The position numbers and the translations under genes were made by a program. Source: Bigelowiella natans CCMP2755 (Eukaryota; Protista; Cercozoa). Taken from it: a DNA stretch of 64,000 bases. The stretch spans positions 1 through 64,000 of the forward strand of contig ADNK01001148.1 in the NCBI GenBank assembly GCA_000320545.1. Reading direction: 5' to 3'. This document shows positions 40,901-53,314 of this stretch, piece by piece (the first letter of the stretch is position 1; each line of letters starts with the position of its first letter). Below the pieces are notes generated by a model. The model was not told the DNA's origin. It was given only the letters and a program-made list of their open reading frames with translations, and did no database searches.

Positions 40901-40981
40901 TTTATTCCTAGTCGCACAGGATGGAATCGCAAGACAAAGCGGATATCGCCCCTTTTGTACCCCATACGACATGCGACGACT

Positions 40982-41103
40982 ACGCAATACGGACAAATTC
41001 TATAAATTTGCAAGTCTCGGGTTAACGCAATACTGGCAAATTCTAGAATTTGCAAGTCTCGGGTTAACGCAATACTGGCAAATTCTAGAATTTGCAAGTC
41101 TCG
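40982..41103. repeat. ~3 x 42-bp tandem repeat containing the 18-bp palindrome gcaaattctagaatttgc
   Basis: Unit acgcaatactggcaaattctagaatttgcaagtctcgggtta; the first unit is degenerate. Confidence 0.9.
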
Positions 41104-41471
41104 AATCAAAATTCGGCTTCAGGATGATACTTGAGACACGGTAGAAAATCATATCGCTCTGTAATTTCGCTAATAAATTGTTTTTAGCTTGTTATTTCCT
41201 GGATTAGATCTACCTCGTACCTCAAGATGTTGCCGTGAACAATTGTTTATTAGATGAATTTACCAGGGAAACATACCCGATAAAATTATTTTTACAAAAA
41301 ATTAATAATGATTTTTACGGCTTTTACGACAGGACGGTTTCAATGAATCCGCAAATGCCCTGCATTTTATCTCAAGAAGACAACCATTTTCTGTCCCCTT
41401 ATTTTCTTCTTGAAGCCTCTCGCCTTGGAATTCCACACCTCCCTGCCCGCTACTCCTCTCCCGACCCTAAT

Positions 41472-41532
<61 letters not shown>

Positions 41533-41808
41533 TTCTCTGCAGCTTGCCAATTTCAGATGAAGAAGGTGAAGATGAATAGTATTGTTTTTTTTCTTTTGGG
41601 AAATGGCATGTGTTTTCTTCTTGTCATTGATTTTTATAAAAACCTATTTTCTTGTTCACTGTGTTCCTCCCTAACCCTCCTCTATTAGAGAGAAACAGTT
41701 TGTGGTTACAAGAAAAAGACATTTTGTCGATCGATGTATCCATGCTCATATCGTATTTAAATGACATTTCCGTGTGCGCCAGGTAGGTAAGTAGACCAGG
41801 CCCATAAG

Positions 41809-42107
41809 ATGAGGATCTTCCTTCCCAAGCCCTCCTTCCTCCTGCTACTCCTGCTACTTCCTCAGCTCGTGGTACCTACAAAAGAACGTACTCCATTCTC
41901 TCTCCTCTTCTTCTTCCCTCAGGCGCAAAAAAAATAGGGGGGGGGGAGGGGAGGGATATCATAAACTACTAAGCCAAATTGTTATACGGTGCCTGCGTTT
42001 CCTATTATCTCATGATGATTCAAGTGAGTTTGAGCCGCATTTGCGTATACCTGTTCCTCCAACACAATCCAACCAAGTGAGCTGAGCCGCGGTTCATCAT
42101 GTGTGTG

Positions 42108-42144
<37 letters not shown>

Positions 42145-42150
42145 ACGTGA

Positions 42151-42194
<44 letters not shown>

Positions 42195-42218
42195 ACGTGA
42201 GTATATGTGTACACGTGA

Positions 42219-42258
<40 letters not shown>

Positions 42259-45200
42259 CGTATCCCACCGCCGAGCTAAGCTGTGAATATTCTCTGATGC
42301 TCAGCAAGCCACAATTTCCGATGGCCAAGAAAGTCACGACGTCCTTCATAGTGGATTGGAAGACCTTACAACGATCTCGGATGGATCACGAGGTATGGGT
42401 CGTGATAAAGGTACACGCAAAGCGGCATGGATCTTGACGAATCTGGACTCTTCAGCGACCCAGTCTTCCATGATTGCTTGGGGAGGAGAATGCTGGAGGT
42501 CGAAAGGCGGTGACCTAACGTGTGTAAAGGATGCAATGAAATCCAAGAGGTTTCAGAAAATCTATTCTACTGAAAGTGCATTCGCAGCGGTCACGTCGAA
42601 CGGTAGTGTTGTCACCTGGGGAGATGATTCCTCTGGCGGTGACTCCAGGACCATACAATCCGCGCTGGCAGCAGGCAGGATCCAGACTATCTATTCCACT
42701 TCGACAGCATTCGCAGCGGTCACGTCGAACGGTAGCGTCGTCACCTGGGGAAGTTCTGGCTACGGCGGCGACTCGAAGACCGTGCAATCCGCGTTGACAG
42801 AAGGCAGGATCCAGACCATCCATTCTACTAACACAGCATTCGCAGCGGTCACGTCGAACGGTAGCGTGGTCACCTGGGGAAGTTCTAGTAACGGCGGCAA
42901 CTCCAAGACCGTGCAAGCCGCCTTGGCTGCAGCTAGGGTGCAGACCATCCATTCTACTAACACAGCATTCGCAGCGGTCACGTCGAACGGTAGCGTGGTC
43001 ACCTGGGGAGATTCTAGCTACGGTGGCAACTCGAAGACCGTGCAATCCGCCTTGGCATTAGGTAGGGTCCAGACCATCTATTCTACAACAAAAGCATTCG
43101 CAGCGGTCACGACGAACGGTAGCGTGGTCACCTGGGGAGATTCTAGCTACGGTGGCAACTCTAAGACCGTGCAATCCGCGTTGGCGGTAAGCAGGGTCCA
43201 GACCATCCATTCTAATAGATACGCATTCGCAGCGGTCACGACGAACGGTAGCGTGGTCACCTGGGGAAGTTCCATCTACGCCGGCAACTCGAAGACCGTG
43301 CAAGCCGCCTTGGCAGTAGGTAGGGTCCAGACCATCTATTCTAATGAATACGCATTCGCAGTGGTCACGACGAACGGTAGCGTGGTCACCTGGGGAGGTT
43401 CTCACTACGGCGGCAACTCTAAGACCGTGCAATCCGCCTTGGTAGAAGGTGGGGTCCAGACCATCCGTTCCACTAAGCAAGCATTCGCAGCGGTCACGAC
43501 GAAAAGTAGCGTCATCACCTGGGGAGGTTCTAGCTACGGCGGCAACTCTAAGACCGTGCAATCCGCCTTGGTAGAAGGTGGGGTCCAGACCATCCGTTCC
43601 ACTAAGCAAGCATTCGCAGCGGTCACGACGAACGGTAGCGTGATCACCTGGGGAGGTTCTAGCTACGGCGGCGACTCCAGGACCGTGCAAGCCGCCTTGG
43701 CTGCAGCTGGGGTGCAGACCATCTTTTCTACTTCTGAAGGTGCATTCGCAGCGGTCACGACGAACGGTAGCGTGGTTGCTTGGGGCCATGAGGATGTGTG
43801 TGGTGGTGTCCTACCAAACATGACATCCACAGATGTCAGGGCAGTTCATTCTACGTCTAGGGCATTTGCAGCAGTGACTTTCGAGAACATTGTGATCACA
43901 TGGGGACATTTTAGCTACGGTGGCAACTCCAGGACCGTGCAATCCGCGTTGGTAGAAGGTGGGGTCCAGACCATCCATTCCACTAAGCAAGCATTCGCAG
44001 CGGTCACGACGAACGGTAGCGTGGTCACCTGGGGAAGTTCCATCTACGCCGGCGACTCGAAGACCGTGCAAGCCGCCTTGGCAGTAGGTAGGGTCCAGAC
44101 CATCTATTCTAATGAATACGCATTCGCAGCGGTCACGTCAGACGGTAGCGTGGTCACCTGGGGACGTTCTCACTACGGCGGCAACTCTAAGACCGTGCAA
44201 TCCGCCTTGGCAGTAGGCAGGATCCAGACCATCTATTCTACTTGGCAAGCATTCGCAGCGGTCACGTCGAACGGTAGCGTGGTCGCTTGGGGAAGTTCTA
44301 GCACTGGCGGCAACTCCAGGACCGTGCAAGCCGCGCTGGCAACAGGTAAGGTCCAGACCATCTATTCTACTAAGCAAGCATTCGCAGCGGTCACGTCGAA
44401 CGGTAGCGTGGTCACCTGGGGAAGTTCTAGTAACGGCGGCAACTCCAAGACCGTGCAAGCCGCCTTGGCTGCAGCTAGGGTCCAGACCATCTATTCTACA
44501 ACAAAAGCATTCGCAGCGGTCACGACGAACGGTAGCGTGGTCACCTGGGGAGATTCTAGCTACGGTGGCAACTCGAAGACCGTGCAATCCGCCTTGGCAT
44601 TAGGTAGGGTCCAGACCATCTATTCTACAACAAAAGCATTCGCAGCGGTCACGACGAACGGTAGCGTGGTCACCTGGGGAGATTCTAGCTACGGTGGCAA
44701 CTCTAAGACCGTGCAATCCGCGTTGGCGGTAAGCAGGGTCCAGACCATCCATTCTAATAAATACGCATTTGCAGCGGTCACCTCGAACAGCATCGTGATC
44801 ACCTGGGGATATTCTAAATCTGGCGGCGACTCCAGGACCGTGCAAGCGGATTTGGCAACGGGCAAGATTGAGGCGATCTATTCCAACGGTGGGGAAAACA
44901 GTGGGCCTAACAACAATTTCCACGGCGGGGCTTTTACAGCGTTGTTATCTGATGGAAAATTGGTGACCTGGGGGGGTATCAAATACTATGGTGGTAGCGT
45001 AAATTTGAAGACCAGCACCGGCGCAAGCATTGTTTCTACTGATTGTGCTTTCGTTGCATATGGAGCAAAAACAAGTTCTCCAACGATGAGCCCAAGCACT
45101 ATGAGTCCTACGTCAAGTCCTAGCACTAGCATCCCTTCTGCAAGCCCCTCAACGATGAGTCCAAGTACTAACACCCCATCTGCAAGTCCAAGTACTAACA

Positions 45201-48200
45201 CCCCATCTGCAAGTCCCTCCACTGGTACGATTTTCTCTTATTGGGATATGTTCTATCAAACTACCTTGACCTTGACTCATTTTTTTCTTACTTCTTTCCA
45301 TTAGGCATCCCAACTGTGAGCTGTCCTGTCCCCCTATTGGCGAGGTTAAAGGAAGAATATTGAACGTTGTAACGAATACAGCCTTGATATTGATTGGTTG
45401 TGCAGGTTCAACGACCCTATTACCATGATAAATGTGTATTACAATATGCCAACAAACACCCCCGGGTCCGTGGACTTAAAGACTGCGTGCAGCCTTCTCC
45501 TATACCCCTCATCAGTCGCTCTTCTGGGGTAATTAAAAAGATAAATGCATCGGCTTTTTTTTTGGTTCCCCTCCCTAATTGCCATTATAAAATCTCCAAT
45601 CCTCTCATTTATTTGTTTAGTGAAAACCCTACCTGTAGCTGGGAATCCCCGACGCAACTGAATCTGCATCTTGGAAGAGGGTTAGTTGTGAAAAATGACT
45701 GTTTTGTCTTGGATTTTGCAGAAAAAGCTTCCTGATTCTCGAAATTTGCAGGTTCCTTGCTGTACCTTCCTCGCTCATAATTACAAAACCGGACATTGTG
45801 CGAAGAAAAGGTATAGATGCAATTGCCTTCGTATCATCTCACCAGAAAAAGCCCTCTCCCCCCCCCCCCCCTCCCCAAAAAAAAAAAAAGAAAAAATACT
45901 GTCATTGTTACAATTTTTTTTTTAATATAAATATAATTCCGAATTATTTATTGCAATCGCTAGGAGCTCCAGTACATGAACCAAAAACTGCAAGGACAGA
46001 GCTTCGACTCGGACTTCCACCTAACCCGCCGATCGTCTCCATATCAATAGTCAGTGGCATGCTTGAGATCGTTTTCTTCAGATTTCTGTTTCGGCTAATT
46101 ACAGCGTACAACTTATTTTACAACTATAGATTGCGCCAAAAGTGATCGGAACGTGTGATACATCCATCACACTAAACTCCGTTGGAGCTGGAAATGCAGG
46201 TGGGGATCCTAGATCCTATAGATAATGGTTTATACATGAACTCCAGTTTCAGTCTTCCGTTTCCTGAGGGAGATACAAATTTTACCTATATGTTTCTCAG
46301 GACGCCCTTTCGTCTACAATTGGACATTCATAAGTCTCAACCTCCCACCCTCCTCTTCCCCCTCGTATTTTGATGCGATAGAATTTCCATGTGCTTGCAA
46401 ACCCCTGACCGCGTATTCCCTCTCCTCCTATACGACTCGCTCCTCCTCTGCGACTCGCTCTCCTACACGACTCGCTAGGCTCGAGTTCTCAGCACTCCTC
46501 CGCATTTATCAACTCGGTGGAACAGGCGGTCCGGTCTATCAACGGTTCTTAACCACGCTACTTTCTTAGCCGTCACCAACAGTTCTTATCTTACGAGATT
46601 GCGTACGCCTCTCAGGAACGCCGGCGTACGTAGCGACAAAGTCCTTTCTCACGGGCAGCACGTATAAGTTCAAGGTTTCTGCGCTAAGCACCCAACAGCT
46701 TCATTTGGAAAACAGTTTTGAAGATATTTTTTAATATTTTACGGCACATATTTATACAAAAGGTCCAAGTGGCAAACTGGCTAGGGACTACAAGCTCTAC
46801 AACACACGTGTTTCGGAAGGTAGGTCGACAAGCTAAGGGCGCCATTAGGATCTGCCTACACATTTTTTTTCTTTTCTTTTTTTCCTTTTTTTTTTTTTTT
46901 TTTTTTTTTGGGGGGGGGGATAAAAAAATAGAATCCCGTGGGGGGGAGGAAAATAAATTGTGTTCTTTGGAATCAGGTATCCGAAGCCGTTCCGATACTC
47001 CTTCTTCCAAGCGCAACAAATATAGTTGCAAAACGTAGCGAGTCGTTGAGAATCTCAGTGCAAGTGCGCCCTGCGGAATGCAGCATACCGAAGGTGCGAC
47101 GTCTCAGATAACCTCAACCGAACACCGTATGCTCTCTCGCCCTCACATTTTTGTCCTTCTCCTTCTCCCCCCTTTTGTAACATACATTTCCAGAACGGAG
47201 GCGAGCGTGTTATTTTGTCCACAGTTGCTCAATGGTACCAAACGTCAGGACCATCAGAGGTGAAGTTGGTCTATGAAACTATTTCTGCCTTTTTTTTTTG
47301 GTTGGGGGTCATCATGATGTTCTTCTTTATTTATGCGCCAGGTTGTTATTCCTCAGCCGACCTCAGCTTACCTTCGACTTCCAGCTTTCGTTTTAGATAT
47401 TAACAGTACCTATCAGTTTTCCATGCATGCTAGCACCAAGGACTCACAAGGTATAATTGTAGAGATGTGTAACGATCAACCCATGCCCAAACAAGGAGGC
47501 TAAGGCATAATAAACTGTCTCCCAGGTTATGCTGTCGGGGACACCAATGTAACGTTCACAGTCCATATCTCCGATGAGCCTGTAAGAGCAGTTATTTCTG
47601 GCGGTTCGGAGCGACTGGTATCACTCTCCGCAGGACCCAACATTACGTTTGAAGGAGGAGAATCGGTCGATCCAGCGTACATTTCTTCCCGGTTATCGTT
47701 TAACTGGTCGCTCACTAACGTTGCCAACGGAAACCCTCTTCCGCTACGGGCTATCAGCAGCACAGCAGCCCTCGTTTCCACCGATATTCTCATAGCCAAC
47801 CAAACGTACTTGCTAGAGCTTGTCACGACCAGCAACGCCTCTAGATGGGACAGATCGGGCAGGACACAGCAGATCATTCGCACTACAGACGCCGACATTC
47901 CTTTCGTCTCGATACGAGCAAGTTCCGGTCTCTACCACAACGTCCAGACGAAGTTGTCTTTATCTGCAGGTACGCAAAACGAAATCGCATTCTAAATTTG
48001 TGGTTAATTCATGAAATCATAATGTTCATAGTGCTGAGAAACGGAAACGCATCAAAGGCAGGGGGGGGGGGCGGTTTCGGCCAGCAGTGGTTGTGTACCT
48101 CCGCCAATTTCAACCTTTCCGACAGCCGAAATCTGCTCTCAGGGACCACCGCAGAGAACTTGGTCATACGACCGAATGCGCTGGCTCCCGGGAGTACATA

Positions 48201-48339
48201 TTCATTCGCTGTCCGGGCTTGGTATTCGGCTGAGGAGGGATACCAACATGGAGAAGCCAGCATCGTCGTCAAGACCAACTATCCACCGGTGTTTGGTAAT
48301 ATGTTGAGAGAAAAGAGAGAAAGAAATGGAAGGGATAGA

Positions 48340-48382
<43 letters not shown>

Positions 48383-48409
48383 AAGAAATGGAGGGGATAG
48401 AGATGAGAG

Positions 48410-48460
<51 letters not shown>

Positions 48461-51400
48461 GGATTTGTTTGTCCTTCATTCGTTTGTATTTTGGATACGT
48501 CCGAACGAATAAACTTGATTTGGAATTTCTGTATAAATCAGGATCTTGTGAAAGCTCTCCACAGATAGGAACAGCAATGACGACGGTATATCGGCTTAGC
48601 TGCGATGGCTGGACGACCGGTACTAGCCTGCCCCTTCGGTATCAATTTCAAATGGTCACTTCGAGGCACACGATAGCTGAGGTAGAGGCGCACGAAGCCA
48701 GCTTAGAGAAAGGGTGAGTGACTTCTGATAATTGCAAACAATTCTATCGTATTACCATTCGTATTACCATCTAGCATCGTATAACCCCAAACAATTGTTT
48801 ATCTCTTATGTCTGCTGCTAGCGTCTCGTCCGATGAGCCGTTCTTCCTGGATCTCTGTGAGCTGAGGCAAGTGGGATATTACCAATCGGTCCTTTCTGAG
48901 AGCAGCGGGTTGTCGAATATCGTGGTGATAAGAGCACGCATTGTCGATGACACTGGGGCGTCAAGCTCATTCCCGTTCAGTTTGACGGTGTTACCTCTGC
49001 CCCCCTCGGGTCTTTCCACAGCTGAAAAAACGATGAACACCAGATTCAGTGAAGGGGATATGCAAGAATATGTTGTGCTAGCTGCTGGGATCTCGTCTCA
49101 ACTGAACTCGGGCTTCCAAGATCCGGCTCCTCCTCCGGTACACTCTGCCACCACACTACGCATGTCGATGCTACGAAATTTGGAGGACATCACGATCTCG
49201 AACGGGAGCAACCTTGCACGGGTCCTCGATCCTCAAACATCTTCGGCCTTGGTTGAGCGCATCACAGCTGCGAATCGCAGTGGAGAGGTCGATGATGGTC
49301 TTTTTGATTTGTCAATGGATGTCATGACCTCGATCGTGCGAGCGCAAAACCAAGTGAATGCAGAACAGACCGATCTCTCTCTTCCCCAAACGGCTGCTCA
49401 GCTTTCTGGTTCCGTCGCAAACATGCTCCATGCAGCAAAAGCATCGCGATTGGACCTCCCTGTGAATCGATCCCTCGCAGTTGCGAACTTGCTGTCGAAC
49501 CTGAGTTCAATGCTTGTTTCGGGCGACCAGGTGGTGGTTGGAGAGGAAGCCGTCACTGCTGGAAGCGCCAACTCCCAGGATGGCTCTCAGAGGGTCACGC
49601 TGTCCGGAAAACTGATAGCGAGTACAAGCCTGGAGAATGCTACACTAGCACAGAAAGCCACAAACTGTAAAGTTGTTTTCCAGCCATCGGGTAGGACAAT
49701 AGGAGGGCCAAATGCAAGCTCGAGTTCATCCGTTCTTCAGCTCGGACTGACGACCATCGTAGGAGGAAAGTCTTCTATGTTTTACGAAACCTGGCCTGCG
49801 GGCCGTGAATCGAAAAATGGTATCTTGAAAATAGATGTCCGGTCCATTGACAGCCAGGAAATACAAATCCAAAATACATCGCGTCCTATACGTTTCACGG
49901 TTCCAAACTGGGAAGCTAAAAGATCTACAGCTAATGAGGATCTAAGCCGCTACGGTTGCGCGTATTGGAACGGAACCCACTGGAGTAAGCGGGGACTAAA
50001 TCTCACCATGGAGCAAGGGGCTCCTGTATGTGAAAGCACCCATCTCTCCCTATTTACCCTCCTAACCGATTCGGTCAGAGTCGAGGTGAACACAGTCAGT
50101 GCAAACGATCTTACCGATCTCGATGCATTTGATCCTTCCAAGAACCCGATGATGCTGCTGGTTGTTATGGTGTTTGCTACGGCGCTGCTCATTCTCCCCA
50201 TTCTGCGATGGTATGATCGAAACCCCGGAATGTGCGCCGCCACTCTTACCGACTGCAGAGGATCGAATAAGGAGGCGTTCAAGGAGGAGGTTCAACGGGA
50301 TTTCTGGAGGCTGAAAACCACGGCACGATACCTTCATACAGAAGCCAAGGGCTCCTGTCGCACATGGATGCGCACTAGCTCCATAGCCATGCGAACTCGT
50401 CACCCGTGGCTGTCCATTGCGCTCAGGCACCCTGGAGACTACATGAACTCTCAAAAGAGGCTTTTAGTGCTTTTGGTTCTCGTGATGAATGGCGCCGTCG
50501 TGTGCGCGCTCCTTGAAGGGACTTCTCAGAAGCTGTTTTTTCTCACTGGAACAGCTGCATTGGCCATTGTTGCTTGCCTGATTTCATTTCCCGTACCCTA
50601 TGTCGTATCGGCGATGTTCCATCGCGCGACACCGAAAGAGTTTCGCGTCCCATTCGTAGCATCAGGTCTGGCTGCCGCTCTGCCTTGGATTTTCTTCATC
50701 GCATCGGTTTGTGTTCAAGATGTTCATGATGGTTTAGCTATGGAAGACGATGAAGCTGAAGCCGAAGCCGATGGTGATGACAATTTTGAAAACGACGAAA
50801 ATGGAGACAATCAAGGTGAGACACAGAAGCAACAAGGCGAAGTAGATGGTGATGATGGTGATAATAGCGATGAGGAGAAAGGCGACGGGAAGAAGCTGGA
50901 TGAAAAGGAAGCGAAGTCAAATCGTGTCAAAACGAAACCCGGCATCCTTCCGTTCCAATCGTCCATGGCAACGCACACGGGTTCGGCCGCCGGTGCATCG
51001 CTAGGCTGGGTTGCGGGTGGCGAACGGAAAGAACAGAAGATATTCAAACGTTCTCAGAGTATGAGAATGCACTTTCAATCGACAAATACGAATTTCGTCA
51101 CACGATCTGAGTCTTTCTACGGGTTCGCCAGCGAATCGTCGGTCGGTAATAACGAATGGACAACGAGAGATGGCGTTGGAATTCTGGTATCAGGGGTACT
51201 CATTCTAGGCTGCGCTTTCTTGCTCGTAGTCATTTCTTGGAGCCGCCGGATGGAAGGCGGTCAGGAAGCGTTAGAGGTCACCGTAATGTGCTACGGCCAG
51301 GACGTACTTTTGCGGATATTTACGATAGCTTTAGCTGAGGGCGTTCTTATTGCGATGCTCTCTTTTTCAACAGTCCAGAGCATTACAAGGGCAGATGGCG

Positions 51401-52070
51401 GACGCGCGCTCACCACGATGGTTCTTCCCTGTGATGTAGCCACCTGCTTCGTGGACAGTAGGGGGATAGTCGACGAGGTCACTGCAGCTGGAAAGAGGCT
51501 TGGGGTTCGAGTTGGATGGTCAATCGTCCGGATCAATGGTGAAGCTGTGAGCTCTGAACGAGAGCGTCAGGCTGCAGTGCGTCGAGCCCACGCCATGGGA
51601 TCGCAATTTTCTGTCTCATTCGATGTCGCATCCTGTAGAGAAAATGCTAGACTCGACCGTTTACCGTCTGAATCGATCTCCTTCCATTCTGGTATAGACC
51701 CAGAACAAGACTTTCCGTATCAACCGCCTTCACCACGTCGTCGGTTACAATTCGGGCGTGCTGCTAGTTCTGGGTACCGTACTACGAGGTATTCGATCGT
51801 TTTCGACAGAGCTTTTTCCAATGGTTTCATTCACGTTCCTTTCTTTATTCAATTTTAAAGCATCCCCCCCCCCTTTTTTTTTTGGTAATTCCGGCCCGCA
51901 CGAAACATGTTAGGTTTGAAAGAGAGCTTCGGAGAACGGTTCTGTTCGGCGACATCAGCCACTACAGCATCAGTGAGAGTGATGAAACTGGAGAGGATTC
52001 CGTCTTGGATGAGCCCGGATGTATTGCCCCGAACGCTGCAAGTTCTTCCTCAACTTACACTGCTCATTAG
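41809..52070 (+). CDS. Polycystin-1/REJ-like surface receptor, copy A: signal peptide, RCC1-like beta-propeller repeats, S/P/T stalk, REJ, GAIN/GPS, multi-TM, PDZ-like
   Basis: Leader [21 protein letters not shown]; 19 x ~43-aa repeats (IYST..[15 protein letters not shown]....GG); SPTMSPS stalk. REJ-like exons [37 protein letters not shown]|[22 protein letters not shown] motif CAYWN..HWS..G...CESTHLSLF (49957-50055). PKD1-like [22 protein letters not shown]-terminal [20 protein letters not shown]. Confidence 0.85.
42557..45064 (+). repeat. Coding tandem array of 19 x ~129-bp RCC1-like units (copy A)
   Basis: Recurrent gcattcgcagcggtcacg..gaacggtagcgtggtcacctgggga at a ~129-bp period. Confidence 0.95.
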
Positions 52071-52400
52071 AAGCAAATCAATGCGAGTCACTAACCGTAA
52101 CTAACGTATCTGATGATACAGATGTGTGCATACCTCACAACGCTGTCGCAGTGCATGGTGTAGTAAGCAAATGAAAAAGCATGGTCCATAGACCTTACAG
52201 TGATATGCTCCGTGTATACATGTATACATGTATACATGTATACACGTATGGATATTGCCAACACCGTGTGTTGATTTTGCTTAGTCATGGGCGTCAAGCA
52301 TTCTGCTCACCCTACCTCGCTGCCATGTTCCGATGTCCAGCATTTACCTGTTTCGCGCGATTCGCGCGCCGAGATGCAAACATGTACACCGGTCGGCCCA

Positions 52401-53108
52401 TCAATTGCAATGCGGCGGGTGCTGAGCATTTCCCAATCTATGTTGTTTTATTCTAAGGTTGGCTTTGTAATGGAACATACACTTGTCAAGGTCACCTGTA
52501 GGATTCGTACGATCCAGAACCAATACGCCATAATCTCTAGTCGTTACCGTTAAGACCTTTGAAAAATCCTGAAAACTATCAAATTGCCCGAAAAAGTACT
52601 CGTACAATTTTTTGCGCGAGTTGCGGATATTATCACGCAAACAAAACACGTAATCGATATTAGAGCGTATATCCGGAGGCAGCACCGTGGCGTACTGCGA
52701 TGTGATAAATACAGTTATTCTTTGGTGCCTACCGTTGAAAGAAAGTTCTCGAATATCTTTCGATTTGAATATACTTTTATCAAAAGCAACATCGTCTAGT
52801 ATCAGAAACGCATGAAACTCTTTATTCTGCTTGACCTTTTTCTTAAGAACATCGATGAATTTTTTGACCACATCCGCTCTAAAACCTTCTGAGTACACAA
52901 AAGACTTTGGTATAATTCCATAAAATGCGCGCGCCGTATCTTTCGTAGCGGTCATCAAAACCGCCAGGTTACATTTTGATGAAAGCTGTGATAAAATGTC
53001 TTTCAGAAGCGTTGTTTTTCCTGTACCTCTACCACCTAAAAGTAAATGTATTCTATGGTTTTTTACATGCTTTGGTACATCAAATTTTTCAATTTCAATT
53101 GAACGCAT
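52401..53108 (-). CDS. A32-like viral genome-packaging ATPase (NCLDV/Polinton-like type), C-terminus probably truncated
   Basis: Walker A GGRGTGKTT, Walker B FLILDD, NGRH, ITSQY..LPPDIRSNIDYVF, KKLYEYFFGQF, LVLD and FHYKA..RLG. Intronless and AT-rich. Confidence 0.92.
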   Translation of the reverse strand: MRSIEIEKFDVPKHVKNHRIHLLLGGRGTGKTTLLKDILSQLSSKCNLAVLMTATKDTARAFYGIIPKSFVYSEGFRADVVKKFIDVLKKKVKQNKEFHAFLILDDVAFDKSIFKSKDIRELSFNGRHQRITVFITSQYATVLPPDIRSNIDYVFCLRDNIRNSRKKLYEYFFGQFDSFQDFSKVLTVTTRDYGVLVLDRTNPTGDLDKCMFHYKANLRIKQHRLGNAQHPPHCN

Positions 53109-53314
53109 GTCAAAAAGAAAAACGTATTGCTAAAAATAAAAAAATTATAAAATTTTCTAATTTTTTTTCACTTTTACTTTAATGTGTGTCTTTTTTTTCT
53201 AATATAAATTTTTGTCCATGCTTTTTTTCACTCGATCTGTTGCTGCTATTTGTGCCATGTATTGCATTCTTTTTTCTAATTCACTTACTTGATTGCAACT
53301 AACACGCGCACGCG

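Larger units (their letters stand above)
39888..49632 (+). repeat. Segmental duplication, copy A (portion matched within the window)
   Basis: Near-identical to 54335-64000. The offset is 14447 at the left end and drifts to 14368 through microsatellite and other indels. Confidence 0.97.

Noticed and set aside
39957-40996. Cys/His/Met-rich ORFs (e.g. 40135-40776 and 54582-55223) as metal-binding proteins
   Set aside because: Loss of TA removes TAA stops and Tyr codons, which lengthens spurious ORFs and enriches Cys/His.
42515-44923. Repetitive antisense ORFs over the RCC1-like arrays (likewise over the WD40 array)
   Set aside because: They are shadows of the sense-strand coding repeats.
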